From contig CAUVWX020000001.1 in NCBI GenBank assembly GCA_963555815.3, positions 864,001-928,000 on the forward strand: a stretch of 64,000 nucleotides of DNA, written 5' to 3'. Position numbers and translations under genes: made by a program. The notes beneath the pieces are model-generated. The model did not search any database. It was given only the letters and a program-made list of their open reading frames with translations, and was not told the DNA's origin. Each line of letters starts with the position of its first letter. Position 1 is the first letter of the stretch. Source of the stretch: a bacterium. GTDB lineage: Bacteria; UBA8248; JACPRG01; G963555815. Of this stretch, positions 47,768 through 57,436 are shown one piece after another.

Positions 47768-48667
47768 TTAGAAATGCTCATCCGCCCGGTCGAGGAGGCG
47801 TTCTGCTCGCTGGCGGGCGATGGTGTTCGCCAGGCGTTGTTCCGGGAGCAGCCCCACAGGGGCATCGAGGACGCGGCCGAGGAGACTCTCAAAGGCCTGC
47901 CGGTCCTGAGTCGGGACAGCGTGAAATTGAGCGTAGAGGACCCAGGCCACGAGAAATTTCCCATCGGCGAGCTCGACGGCCCGTTCAAAGTGGGACCGGG
48001 CCTTCTCCACGTCTCCGCCAAGGAGACGGGGTCTTCCTCCGAAGTAGGTCCCAAAGAAGAGGTGGGCCCCGCCATATTGGTAGGTCTCATCGAGTTCGAG
48101 GACCCGGCGCATGAGGGCCTCGACCCGCGGCAGGCTGGCCAGGGCTTCCGGGGAGTCCAGACCTAAATTCACCCAACTTGCCCAGTTGGAGGCTGTCCAG
48201 AAGAGGGCCGGGACGTCTTTCCGGTCCAGCCTCTCGAGGGATTGCTGGAGGGACTCCAGGTCCGCTCGGTCAACCTCGAGGCCCGTCTGCCTTGAAAGGA
48301 GTTCTAGGCCGTAATCCCTCCCCCGCCGATAGAGGTTTCTTGCCCGGGCGGGTTCCTCCTCCTCGACGAAGGCAAAGGCGTAACCCGCAAAGCCACGGGT
48401 GGCCATGAAGAGGAGTTTCTCGTTTTCCGGCTCCGCCCGAATAAGACCTTCCAGGAGTTTCAGGTTCGCCGCCGCCGCCGTCTCCGCAAGGACCGGGTCC
48501 TCCTCCTCGCTGAAGGCGATCCAGGCGTCGTCTAGGAGTGAGACCGTTGACCGGACGGCAATCTGCTTGAGGGTGCAGCCCGAGAGGAAGAGGAGGAAAA
48601 GCACTTTGGCCAGGCGGGACGTCAAGCCGCTGGCCGAATGCCCTCTCCTTTGATTTCTCCAGCGCAT
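47768..48667 (-). CDS. TRAP transporter TatT component (TPAT lipoprotein)
   Basis: LSGC lipobox; EEDPVL, LKLLEGL, YAFAF, LYRRGRDYG, ELDETY..G, GGD.EKAR.HFERA. Confidence 0.88.
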   Translation of the reverse strand: MRWRNQRRGHSASGLTSRLAKVLFLLFLSGCTLKQIAVRSTVSLLDDAWIAFSEEEDPVLAETAAAANLKLLEGLIRAEPENEKLLFMATRGFAGYAFAFVEEEEPARARNLYRRGRDYGLELLSRQTGLEVDRADLESLQQSLERLDRKDVPALFWTASNWASWVNLGLDSPEALASLPRVEALMRRVLELDETYQYGGAHLFFGTYFGGRPRLLGGDVEKARSHFERAVELADGKFLVAWVLYAQFHAVPTQDRQAFESLLGRVLDAPVGLLPEQRLANTIARQRAERLLDRADEHF

Positions 48668-48711
48668 CGGTTCAAGTTCGCGACAGAAAGTAGTGTGCGG
48701 TGCGGCAAGGC

Positions 48712-49182
48712 CTAAGGTCTTACAAGGTGGTTCCCATTCCCCAAGAAGATGTCTGTCTGCCGGAGGATCTCGGCCGCCGTCGCCCGGTCCTTTTTGAAAA
48801 AGCCCGCCTTGGCGTTAACGCTCATCTTTGTGGCCCGAGAGCTGATGCGCTCGAACACGATCTCGATATTAAGCTTCTCCGTGATGGCCACCATCCGCGC
48901 CCCCTTCTCCGTGTTGATAGGGCCCGAGGATTTGAGATCCAAGGCAATAAGGGCCTCGCGAGCGGCCTCCTTTAAGCGGGGAAGGTCCACATTGAAGGTC
49001 TTGTGGGCGACGTTGTTGAGGGAGTGTTTCGCGCCGGCCGCGGTCCCCGCCGCGCCACCCGCTAGGATGAGACCGCAGCCCCCTATACCAAAGAGGCTTA
49101 CCAGAATTAGCGCCAGAAAGATTGCTGTCTGAGATTTCGGATAGGGGTACCTCCCCCAGCCGAAAGGAAATCTTCGGCTCAT
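48712..49182 (-). CDS. DUF3568-like lipoprotein (paralog 2)
   Basis: GGC lipobox followed by a Gly/Ala-rich helix; C-terminal TKMSVNA..GFF..DRATAAEI. Confidence 0.65.
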   Translation of the reverse strand: MSRRFPFGWGRYPYPKSQTAIFLALILVSLFGIGGCGLILAGGAAGTAAGAKHSLNNVAHKTFNVDLPRLKEAAREALIALDLKSSGPINTEKGARMVAITEKLNIEIVFERISSRATKMSVNAKAGFFKKDRATAAEILRQTDIFLGNGNHLVRP

Positions 49183-49560
49183 TTCAACTCCTTTTGCGGC
49201 AGGGGAGACTCCCTTCTCACCGCTGTCGGGTCTGACCCAGCAACGGCGACCCCTCAGGGTTCCCTCTTAGATATCGGTAAAGCGGGTCCGGGGTCAAGGG
49301 CAATTTCGTGGTGGGGCATTTTGTCGAGGTCCTGGCGAGATCGGATTTTGCAGGATGTTTTCGGCGATGGACGGCCACTGTGAGCTTGACCTCGCCGGAA
49401 ATCATAGGGTCCCCAGACGGCCTGGACGCCTTCGCGGGAGGTAGTCAGAGAGGGGCCTGAGATGCGGGCGGAGCGCGAATCGAAGGCAAACCTCCCAGGT
49501 GGGCAATCTTTCAGACCTGGTGTATATTGTAAATTAGTGATTTTCCGGAAAGGGTGAGCC

Positions 49561-50682
49561 ATGTCCAGTACACCACAAGAAGTGCTTTCAGGGGATATCT
49601 TGCCGGCGCGCGAAGCCATTGCCATGATCGACGAGACCGATCTGGCTCCGCCCATTGAGGTCCCCGAAATTCCCCCAGAGACGCATTCCGTAAATATACC
49701 GGAAGAGGAAAGGCGCTGGCTCCATGCGGAGATAAAGCGTCTCAAGAAGGAACGGAACGCGTTGGTGCTGGCCCACAATTATATGCCGCCTGACGTCCAG
49801 GATGCGGCGGATATTGTCGGCGATACGCTCTCTCTGGCACAACGGGGCACAGCCTCTGATGCCGATGTCCTCGTTGAGACAGCAGTCCTTTTTATGAACC
49901 AGATTCTGGCCATTATGAAAAAACCGCATCAGAGGGTGTTGGCCCCGGATTTAGGCGCTCTTTGTTCGCTTGCGGCGCATGCCGATGTTGAAAAGATTCG
50001 CGCCTGGAAAGCTGATCACCCTGACGGAATTGTGGTCAGCTACGTGAACACCTACGTCGATGTAAAAGCCGAGAGCGATTACTGTTGCGCCTCGGCCAAT
50101 TCCGCGAAAGTGATTACATACGTGTTGGAAAATACCGCGTCTCACCAACCCATCCTTTTTCTGCCCGACGTCTATCTCGGCTTTTATGCGGCAAAACTTT
50201 TGGAGAGGGGAGGGCATTCACTCGACAGGCTGTGGCTAATGATGGGGGCCTGCCATGTCCACGATCGCATCCGTCCCTACCATGTCGACCAGCGGCTGAG
50301 AGAGAATCCAGGGGCCGCCGTTTTCATTCACCCGGAATGCGGATGTACCAGCGCCTGCATGCGTCAAATCAGCAGCGGGCTTGTGCCGGAAGACATGATG
50401 CAATTCCGTTCGACTCAGGGCATGGTTAAATTTGTGAACAAATCTCCTCAAAGAGTGGTAATCGTAGCGACTGAAGTAGGGAATATTTATCCGATGTCTA
50501 AAGCCGCCCCCGATAAAGTCCTGATTCCGGCAAGCAGCGAGGCGGTCTGTGCTTATATGAAACAGAACACCCTTCGCAATCTCCACCTTTCGCTACGGGA
50601 TCTGGTTCACGAAGTCACCGTTGAGCCGGAACTCGCGAGACGTGCTCGTATCCCAATTGAGCGCATGCTGCAAATCGTATAA
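49561..50682 (+). CDS. nadA: Quinolinate synthase
   Basis: LAHNYM, CSLA, VSYVNT, FLPD, ACHVH, HPEC, ATE, CAYMK (three Fe-S Cys). Confidence 0.9.
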   Translation: MSSTPQEVLSGDILPAREAIAMIDETDLAPPIEVPEIPPETHSVNIPEEERRWLHAEIKRLKKERNALVLAHNYMPPDVQDAADIVGDTLSLAQRGTASDADVLVETAVLFMNQILAIMKKPHQRVLAPDLGALCSLAAHADVEKIRAWKADHPDGIVVSYVNTYVDVKAESDYCCASANSAKVITYVLENTASHQPILFLPDVYLGFYAAKLLERGGHSLDRLWLMMGACHVHDRIRPYHVDQRLRENPGAAVFIHPECGCTSACMRQISSGLVPEDMMQFRSTQGMVKFVNKSPQRVVIVATEVGNIYPMSKAAPDKVLIPASSEAVCAYMKQNTLRNLHLSLRDLVHEVTVEPELARRARIPIERMLQIV

Positions 50683-50830
50683 TGCACCCCTTCCTGCTCT
50701 GCGCTGTGGCGTAAGATGGGTTCTGTTGTGCCAAGAGACAGAGACGCTGATGTTTGTATGTTGCTACAAGCGAGCCTTTTAGCTCCTGCTGTGGAGTATC
50801 CCCTTTAAAGAGGGTTCTGAGGAGGCTGGC

Positions 50831-51667
50831 GTGAATAAAGTTCATATCCGGCAGGAGTTTCAGAGGTTCCTGCTGGAAGATTTGGGCTCCTTGGAAATAG
50901 ATGTGGGCACCAGTCCTCGCTATGCGAAGGCAAAAATTATTGCGGAGAGCGGTGGAGTATTCTGTGGCGGAGGGTTTGTCACCGAGGCGTTCGATTTGCT
51001 CACTCCACAAGGTGTCCATCCCTGCAGGGCCCTGAGTCTTGAAAAGGAGGGCTTTCAGTTTAAGGCCGGAGCAACCCTGGTTCGCTTCGATGTGAACAAC
51101 CAGGTTTTAGTCAACGGTGTACGCACAGTCTTAAATCTGCTGATCCACCTCACTGATATTGCGACCCACACGCGCAGCAAAGTCGAAGAGCTTAAGGGTC
51201 TTGACTGCAAACTCCTTGATACGAGGAAGACGACACCCGGGCTGCGCACCTTTGAAAAGTACGCAGTGCGCGTCGGTGGAGGTTACAATCACCGATTTGG
51301 GAGATTCGACGGCCTCATTATCAAAAAAGAGGATATTGCGATATCCGGCGGAATCAAGGCGGCCATCGATCGTGCCTTCAAGGACAAAATGCATTTGGTG
51401 GAAGTGGAGGTCGAGGTTGAAACCTTGGATCAAGTGAATGAAGTGTTGGAGGACGGACGACTAAGGCATCTGATGCTCGACAATATGGATATTAAGACGA
51501 TGCGGGAAGTCGTCAAGCGATGCGGCCAGACCCACATTCTTGAAGCCTCTGGCATCGGGGACCAGAACCTTCGGGAGGTCGCCGCCACCGGCGTTCATCA
51601 CATCTCTCTTAGCTCTCTGATTCGCTGTCCGAGACAGACAAAAATCAAAATGCAAATTGCAGGATGA
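50831..51667 (+). CDS. nadC: Quinolinate phosphoribosyltransferase (divergent)
   Basis: LLEDLG, DTRKTTPGLR..EKYAV..GGG.NHRFG, EVEVE, MLDN, EASG. Confidence 0.85.
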   Translation: MNKVHIRQEFQRFLLEDLGSLEIDVGTSPRYAKAKIIAESGGVFCGGGFVTEAFDLLTPQGVHPCRALSLEKEGFQFKAGATLVRFDVNNQVLVNGVRTVLNLLIHLTDIATHTRSKVEELKGLDCKLLDTRKTTPGLRTFEKYAVRVGGGYNHRFGRFDGLIIKKEDIAISGGIKAAIDRAFKDKMHLVEVEVEVETLDQVNEVLEDGRLRHLMLDNMDIKTMREVVKRCGQTHILEASGIGDQNLREVAATGVHHISLSSLIRCPRQTKIKMQIAG

Positions 51668-51769
51668 AAGAAAGACTGTCCAGTTATTCAACCCGCCAAC
51701 CCAGAAGAAGTCCCTACGGCCCCCCTGAGGGACTCGTCAGAGGCCGTTTTTTCTCTGAAGGAGCAGAGG

Positions 51770-52540
51770 GTGATCAGGAAGGTCTTTTTTGACTGCGACA
51801 GCACCCTGGTTTCTATAGAGGGCATTGTCCAGCTGGCCGAATGGCGGGGCCATGGGCGGGAAGTGGCCGCCCTCACGTCGATGGCCATGCGGGGTGAGGT
51901 CCCCATGGAGGATGTCTTCGAGAAACGCCTGGATCAAGTCCGACCGGATCGGGACCTTGTCCAGCGGCTGGGCCGGGCTTATGTTGAACATTTGGTCGAG
52001 GACGCCGCTCAGGTGATCCGGGCGCTCCATCACCTAAAGAAGGCCGTCTACATCGTTTCGGCCGGCTTCACCGAGGCCATTCGTCCGCTGGCCGAGCATC
52101 TGAGTGTGCCGCCCGAGCGGAGCTTCGGCGTCCCCCTTCAATGGACCGAGGGGGGCGAATGGTTGGGCTATGACCGGACGGCGCTTACGGCGAGGGCGGG
52201 CGGCAAGAGAGAGATCCTCCGGGCGCACGTCGAGGACCGGAGAGAGGCGGCCTTTGTGGGAGATGGGATGACTGACCTCGAGACCCAATCGGAGGTGGCA
52301 CTTTTCTTCGGCTACGGAGGTGTGGTTGAGCGGCCGGAGGTGGTGCAAAGGGCCCCTATTTATGTTCGTTGCCAAAGCCTCTCCCCCATCCTCTTCCTCA
52401 CCAGTTCGGACTCTGAGAAGGAGGCCTTGAACGATTCTCCCTTTTCAAGCCTCCTGGAGAAAGGGCAAAAACTCATCCAGGCGGGCTGGGTGCTCTTTCG
52501 GGACGGCGCCAAATCTCAGGAGGGCCTCTTCTCAAGATGA
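51770..52540 (+). CDS. serB: HAD-IB phosphoserine phosphatase
   Basis: FDCDSTL...EGI, T..AMRG, KRL, VSAGF, VGDGMTD; adjacent to serA. Confidence 0.8.
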   Translation: MIRKVFFDCDSTLVSIEGIVQLAEWRGHGREVAALTSMAMRGEVPMEDVFEKRLDQVRPDRDLVQRLGRAYVEHLVEDAAQVIRALHHLKKAVYIVSAGFTEAIRPLAEHLSVPPERSFGVPLQWTEGGEWLGYDRTALTARAGGKREILRAHVEDRREAAFVGDGMTDLETQSEVALFFGYGGVVERPEVVQRAPIYVRCQSLSPILFLTSSDSEKEALNDSPFSSLLEKGQKLIQAGWVLFRDGAKSQEGLFSR

Positions 52541-53595
52541 AGATTTTCCTTCCCGGTCCCACCGATGTGCGGCCCTCCATCCGCGAGGAGATGGCGCGTC
52601 CCCCCGTCGGCCACCGCAGCGAGGAATTTCGGGCCCTCCATCGGGAGATTCAGGGCCCCCTCAGGCGGCTTCTTCGGGTCGAAAGGCCCGTCTATCTCAT
52701 GACCTCATCGGCCACGGGTGTGATGGAGGCGGCCATCCGAAATTGTGTCCGGCGTCGCTCCCTTCACCTGATCTGCGGGGCCTTCGGGGAGAGGTGGTAC
52801 GAGATTGCCGTGGCCAACGGAAAGGAGACAAGGACCGTTCGGGTGGAGCCGGGGGAGGCCATCCAGCCCGGCCAAGTCCGGAAGGCGCTTAAAGAGGATG
52901 GGATTGACGCGGTGGCCCTAGTCCATAATGAGACGAGCACGGGCGTGATAAACCCCCTTCGGGAGATTGCCGCCGTGGTCCATGAGTTTCCGGGGGTCCT
53001 CTTGCTGGTGGACGCCGTCAGTTCTCTTGGGGCCGTTCCCATCCCGGTGGCCGACCTCCGCATCGACGTCTGCCTGGCTGGTGTTCAAAAGGCCCTGGCG
53101 CTCCCCCCCGGCGCTTCTGTCTGCGCCGTCTCGGAGGATGCCCTGGAGCGGGCGAAGACCATCCCTCACCGCGGCCTCTATTTCGATTTCTTTCAGTACG
53201 AAGAGAACGCGGCCCGGGACGAGACCCCTTTTACGCCCAGCATTCCCCACCTCTACGCCCTGAGACAGCAGCTTAAGGACATAGAGACGGAGGGTCTCGA
53301 GCGGCGCTACCGGCGCCACGCCGAGATGGCCCATCATGTGCAGGAGTGGGCCCGAAGCCGTTTTGACCTCCTGCCGGAGCCCGGGGTTGAATCCCCGACG
53401 GTGACGGCCGTGAAAGATACGCGGGGGGCTGACGTGGGGAAGTTGAGGCAAGCCCTGCGGGAGAAAGGGAAGCTCATTGCGTCGGGCTATGGCCCCTTTA
53501 AAACGAAGGGCTTTCGCATCGGACACATGGGAGACTTGACGCTGGAAGACGTCCAGGAATTGACGCGGGACATCGACGAGCTGCTGGAGGGCTGA
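52537..53595 (+). CDS. Class V PLP aminotransferase (AGT/SPT-like), probable phosphoserine aminotransferase
   Basis: PGPT, GHRS, VHNETSTG, DAVSS, QKALALPPG, TPFTP, FRIGHMG; overlaps serB and abuts serA. Confidence 0.88.
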   Translation: MKIFLPGPTDVRPSIREEMARPPVGHRSEEFRALHREIQGPLRRLLRVERPVYLMTSSATGVMEAAIRNCVRRRSLHLICGAFGERWYEIAVANGKETRTVRVEPGEAIQPGQVRKALKEDGIDAVALVHNETSTGVINPLREIAAVVHEFPGVLLLVDAVSSLGAVPIPVADLRIDVCLAGVQKALALPPGASVCAVSEDALERAKTIPHRGLYFDFFQYEENAARDETPFTPSIPHLYALRQQLKDIETEGLERRYRRHAEMAHHVQEWARSRFDLLPEPGVESPTVTAVKDTRGADVGKLRQALREKGKLIASGYGPFKTKGFRIGHMGDLTLEDVQELTRDIDELLEG

Positions 53596-53596
53596 G

Positions 53597-55183
53597 ATGC
53601 GGGTTCTCGTATCCGATTCCATCCACCCCAAGGGACTGGGGGTTCTCAAGAAGGCAGGCCTCAAGGTGGACCTTCAGCCAGGTCTCTCCGAGGCCCGTCT
53701 CGTGAAGGTGATTCCCGCTTATGAGGCCCTCATTGTCCGAAGCCAGACGAAAGTCACGAAGCGGGTCATCCAGGCGGGGACCCGGCTCAAGGTGATCGGC
53801 CGGGCCGGGGTTGGCTTGGACAACATCGACGTGGGAGCGGCCACCCGGGCGGGCGTCGCCGTGATGAACGCGGCCTATGGGAACATCCGGTCAGCGGCCG
53901 AGCACACCATCGCCCTTCTTCTCGCCCTGTCCCGAAGGATCTCGGAGGCCGACCGGACGATGCGGGCCGGGCGCTGGGAGCGGCAGCGTCTCCAGGGCGC
54001 CGAGGTGGGGGGGAAGGTCCTTGGCCTTGTGGGGATTGGGAACGTCGGCTGCCAGGTGGCCAAGATGGCCCAAGGCCTTGGCATGAAGGTGCTGGCCCAC
54101 GACCCCTATGTGGCTCGCACGAGGGCACGAGAACTTGGCGTGGACCTAAAACCCCTTGCGAGCCTGTTCCGCCAGGCCGACTATGTGAGCCTCCACGTTC
54201 CCCTCACCGAGAAGACTCACAATATAATCGACGCCAAGGCCATCGCCCTCATGAAGCGCGATGTTCGCCTCATCAACACGGCCCGAGGAGGCCTCATTGA
54301 CGAGTCCGCGCTCTACAAAGCCTTGCGGGCCGGCAGGGTGGCCGGGGCGGCCCTCGACGTCTGGGGAAAGGAGCCCCCGGGGAAGCATCCCCTCCTATCT
54401 CTCGGGACTGTGGTGGGGACACCACATCTCGGGGCGGCCACGGAGGAGGCCCAGGCGGCCGTGGGCCAGGCCATCGCAGAGGAGGTTGTGGAAGTCCTTC
54501 GAACCGGACAATTCCGAAACGCGGTCAACGTTCCCTACGCGGGCCAGGATCCCTCAGGCCACGAGCCCTTCCATCGCCTCGCGACACTCCTGGGACGCCT
54601 TCAAGCCCAGCTGCTGAAGGGACAGGTCAGGGAAATGCAGATCTCTCTCGGGGCGCAACTGAAGGACCATAGTGCCTCGCTGGCGGCGGCGGCATTGGGC
54701 GGTCTCTTCAGTCACGTCCTCGAGGAGCCTGTCAACGTCATTAATGCCCCGCTTATTGCAGAGGAAAGGGGGATCGCCGTTGAGGTGAAGACGCGTTCCG
54801 CCCGAGATAAGGGTAGGGGAGAATCCTTTTTGGTCTCCATCGATGTCCGCTCCGAAAAGGGAAGGCGCCTGGTGGCGGGGACGGTATTCGGAGACAACAG
54901 CCCCCGCTTGGTGCGCCTGGACGGCATGCATCTGGAGGCCCCCCTCGAAGGCCGACTTCTCATCATGGAGAGTAAGGACGTCCCGGGGGTCATCGGGAGA
55001 GTGGGCTCCCTGCTCGGCCGTCACGGGATTAACATCGCTGAGTGGCGGCTTGGCCGGACGCGACCCCGGGGGCTCGCCCTCTCGACCATCCATGTGGACA
55101 ACGCCGTTCCCGCAGCCGTGATAAAGAAGATAGTTGGCCTGAACGAGATAAGGGAGATCTATCAGGTAGATCTCGGGGAGTGA
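53597..55183 (+). CDS. serA: D-3-phosphoglycerate dehydrogenase (long form with ASB and ACT domains)
   Basis: GRAGVGLDNID, AAEHT, GIGNVG, LHVPLT, INTARG, TPHLGAAT.EAQ, DVPGVIG. Confidence 0.93.
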   Translation: MRVLVSDSIHPKGLGVLKKAGLKVDLQPGLSEARLVKVIPAYEALIVRSQTKVTKRVIQAGTRLKVIGRAGVGLDNIDVGAATRAGVAVMNAAYGNIRSAAEHTIALLLALSRRISEADRTMRAGRWERQRLQGAEVGGKVLGLVGIGNVGCQVAKMAQGLGMKVLAHDPYVARTRARELGVDLKPLASLFRQADYVSLHVPLTEKTHNIIDAKAIALMKRDVRLINTARGGLIDESALYKALRAGRVAGAALDVWGKEPPGKHPLLSLGTVVGTPHLGAATEEAQAAVGQAIAEEVVEVLRTGQFRNAVNVPYAGQDPSGHEPFHRLATLLGRLQAQLLKGQVREMQISLGAQLKDHSASLAAAALGGLFSHVLEEPVNVINAPLIAEERGIAVEVKTRSARDKGRGESFLVSIDVRSEKGRRLVAGTVFGDNSPRLVRLDGMHLEAPLEGRLLIMESKDVPGVIGRVGSLLGRHGINIAEWRLGRTRPRGLALSTIHVDNAVPAAVIKKIVGLNEIREIYQVDLGE

Positions 55184-55378
55184 GATTCGCGCACGCTCTC
55201 ACGTCCCTTTCGATGATTCCTTGACAATGAAAAGAAGAACTGAAAAAATGATTTTTATTCAACATTCTTCTGGACAGAGAAGAGACGGGGCATGTACAGG
55301 TAGAGGGGGTCTTTGGTTTGACCTGAGTGTCTGTATTTGGCAAGCCTCGAGATCTTTGTCAGGGAAGGAGAATTGGGG

Positions 55379-56641
55379 ATGAAAGGGCGACCAAGGGGCG
55401 TCACGAGGCGAGAATTCCTGAAGAAGTCCGGCGTTGCGGTGGCAGCGGCGGGGGCGGCCCAGCTCGCGCCAGTCGTTTACACCCACGCGGCCTCGCCCAT
55501 TAAGGTGGGGCTGACGGCTGAGCTCACGGGAGTTCTGGCGGAGTTTGGATATTGGATTAGCAACGGCGCCAAGGCGGCCGCGAAACTAATCAACGAGAAT
55601 GGAGGCATCGCGGGCCGTGAAGTGGTCCTCATCGTGGAGGACACGGAGTCCAAGCCCCCGAGCGGTGTGCGAAAGACTCGAAAGCTCATTCAGCGGAATA
55701 AGGTGGACTTCGTCATCGGTTCCCACCACAGCGGAATCTGCCTGGCGACCAACCTGATCTATGCCGAGCAAAAGACGGTAGGCTTCCCTAACGGAGCCGC
55801 CACTTCCATTATGGGCGCCAAGGGGAACCCCTTTGTCTTTCGCATGAACCAGAGCGTCCTACACGAGGTCTTCTCCGCCTCGGCGTGGGCCGTGGAGAAC
55901 CTGGGCAAGCAGTGGACACTCTTGGGGCTGGATTACGCCTGGGGCCAGGACCAGGTGAACCGGTGGGCCGAGCGGGTCGAGCTCCTGGGCGGCAAGGCCC
56001 TCGACAGAATCATGATCCCCCTGGGAACCGATAACATGATCCCTTATCTCAGCCGGATCAATCAAGGCGAGACAGAGGTCATCTTCCACGCCTTCCTCAG
56101 CGCGAGCGCGGCCTCCTTCGTCCAGCAAGCCGGGGACCTGGGCATCCTGGAGAAGTTCAGGTTCCTCGGCGTCTATGACAGCGTTGAGGGGCTGGACCTG
56201 AGCCCTTTCGAGGGGAACTTCTTCCACAGCCCCTTTGTTCAGCGTCTCGAGGAGGTGCCGGAGGACCTCAGACCTTTCGACGCGGCCTTTAGGGAGGCCA
56301 TCGGGGTGGATGAGGAGGGGATGGACCTCAAGCGGAGGCGTATCTCAGGCCACGCCCATAACGTGCTGGGCTGGGAGAATCTTTATCTTCTCAAGAACGC
56401 CGTGGAGGCGACGGGCTATAGGAAAAAGAAGGACATGGTGGACATCATCAAGTTCCTTCAGGGGCACGAGACGAAGGGCAGTTTTGAGTTCCCCCACGGT
56501 GGGAAGCTCATCCGGGACGTAGACCATCAGGCCTTCATGGACATCTACATTCAGCAGGTTGTGAATGGGAGATTTAAACTCGCGGGCAGGGTGCCCAAGG
56601 AGGCCGGGATGTACCCGCCTCAGGGCAACTTGAAGATATGA
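55379..56641 (+). CDS. Tat-exported branched-chain amino acid-type ABC substrate-binding protein
   Basis: TRREFLK; IKVG, INENGGIAGR, EDTESKP, DYAWG, IRDVDHQ. Confidence 0.88.
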   Translation: MKGRPRGVTRREFLKKSGVAVAAAGAAQLAPVVYTHAASPIKVGLTAELTGVLAEFGYWISNGAKAAAKLINENGGIAGREVVLIVEDTESKPPSGVRKTRKLIQRNKVDFVIGSHHSGICLATNLIYAEQKTVGFPNGAATSIMGAKGNPFVFRMNQSVLHEVFSASAWAVENLGKQWTLLGLDYAWGQDQVNRWAERVELLGGKALDRIMIPLGTDNMIPYLSRINQGETEVIFHAFLSASAASFVQQAGDLGILEKFRFLGVYDSVEGLDLSPFEGNFFHSPFVQRLEEVPEDLRPFDAAFREAIGVDEEGMDLKRRRISGHAHNVLGWENLYLLKNAVEATGYRKKKDMVDIIKFLQGHETKGSFEFPHGGKLIRDVDHQAFMDIYIQQVVNGRFKLAGRVPKEAGMYPPQGNLKI

Positions 56642-56736
56642 GCTAGCAAGCTGATCGGGCCTTTTTTATTAGCGGCTGAGGCGAGTTCGCGGGATCTGAT
56701 TTCTCCCGCGGACTTTTTTTGAGGTCTGGACTTCTT

Positions 56737-57435
56737 TCAACCGCCGCCGACTCCAAGGTACCCTCCGATAGTCTTCTCGCTCGTCTCGCAGACGATTTCC
56801 TCGTGGACAATGGAACCCTTTTCCATGGCGTAGATCCGGTCGCAGGCGGCAAGGACCGTGGCCAGACTCTGCTCCACCAGGAGGATACCCATTCCGCTTT
56901 CTCGCAGGTCGCGAATGGTGTTCTCCACCGTCTCCACCGCCGATGGCATCAGGCCTTCGGTGGGCTCGTCCAGGAGCATTAACCGGGGTTTTTTGACGAA
57001 GGCCCTGGCCATGGTCAGCATCTGACGTTCCCCCCCGCTCAGGGTGCCCGCCAACTGGTCCATCCGCTCCTGCAGCTTTGGGAAATAAGTGAAGACCTCG
57101 GTCAGCACTTCCGGGTCCAGATCGCCATTCAAGGAGGCGATCCGCAAGTTGTCCCGGACCGTGAACTCGGCAAAGACGGCCCGTTCTTGGGCGACATAAC
57201 CAATGCCCAGATGTGGGAGCTTGTGGGGGGAGACGCGTAAGATGTCCTGGCCCCCGTACCGGATGGCGCCTGAGCGGTCCGGCACCTGTCCCATGATCGT
57301 CCGAAGGAGGGTGGTCTTCCCCACACCGTTTCGCCCCACCAAGCCGACGCTTTCCCCCTCCTTCACTTCCAGGGAAACATCCCAGAGGATGTGACTTTTC
57401 CGATAGAAGGCGTTCAGCCCTTCCAGGCGCAGCAT
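56737..57435 (-). CDS. livF: LivF-like ABC ATPase
   Basis: GRNGVGKTT, LSGGERQM, LLDEPTEGL, LLVEQ. Confidence 0.9.
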   Translation of the reverse strand: MLRLEGLNAFYRKSHILWDVSLEVKEGESVGLVGRNGVGKTTLLRTIMGQVPDRSGAIRYGGQDILRVSPHKLPHLGIGYVAQERAVFAEFTVRDNLRIASLNGDLDPEVLTEVFTYFPKLQERMDQLAGTLSGGERQMLTMARAFVKKPRLMLLDEPTEGLMPSAVETVENTIRDLRESGMGILLVEQSLATVLAACDRIYAMEKGSIVHEEIVCETSEKTIGGYLGVGGG

Positions 57436-57436
57436 C

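Noticed and set aside
49480..49525. c-di-GMP-I or NAD riboswitch upstream of nadA (GGCAAACC seen)
   Set aside because: The GAAA tetraloop and following GCAAAGC elements are missing and I could not build the fold; an Infernal/Rfam scan would settle it.
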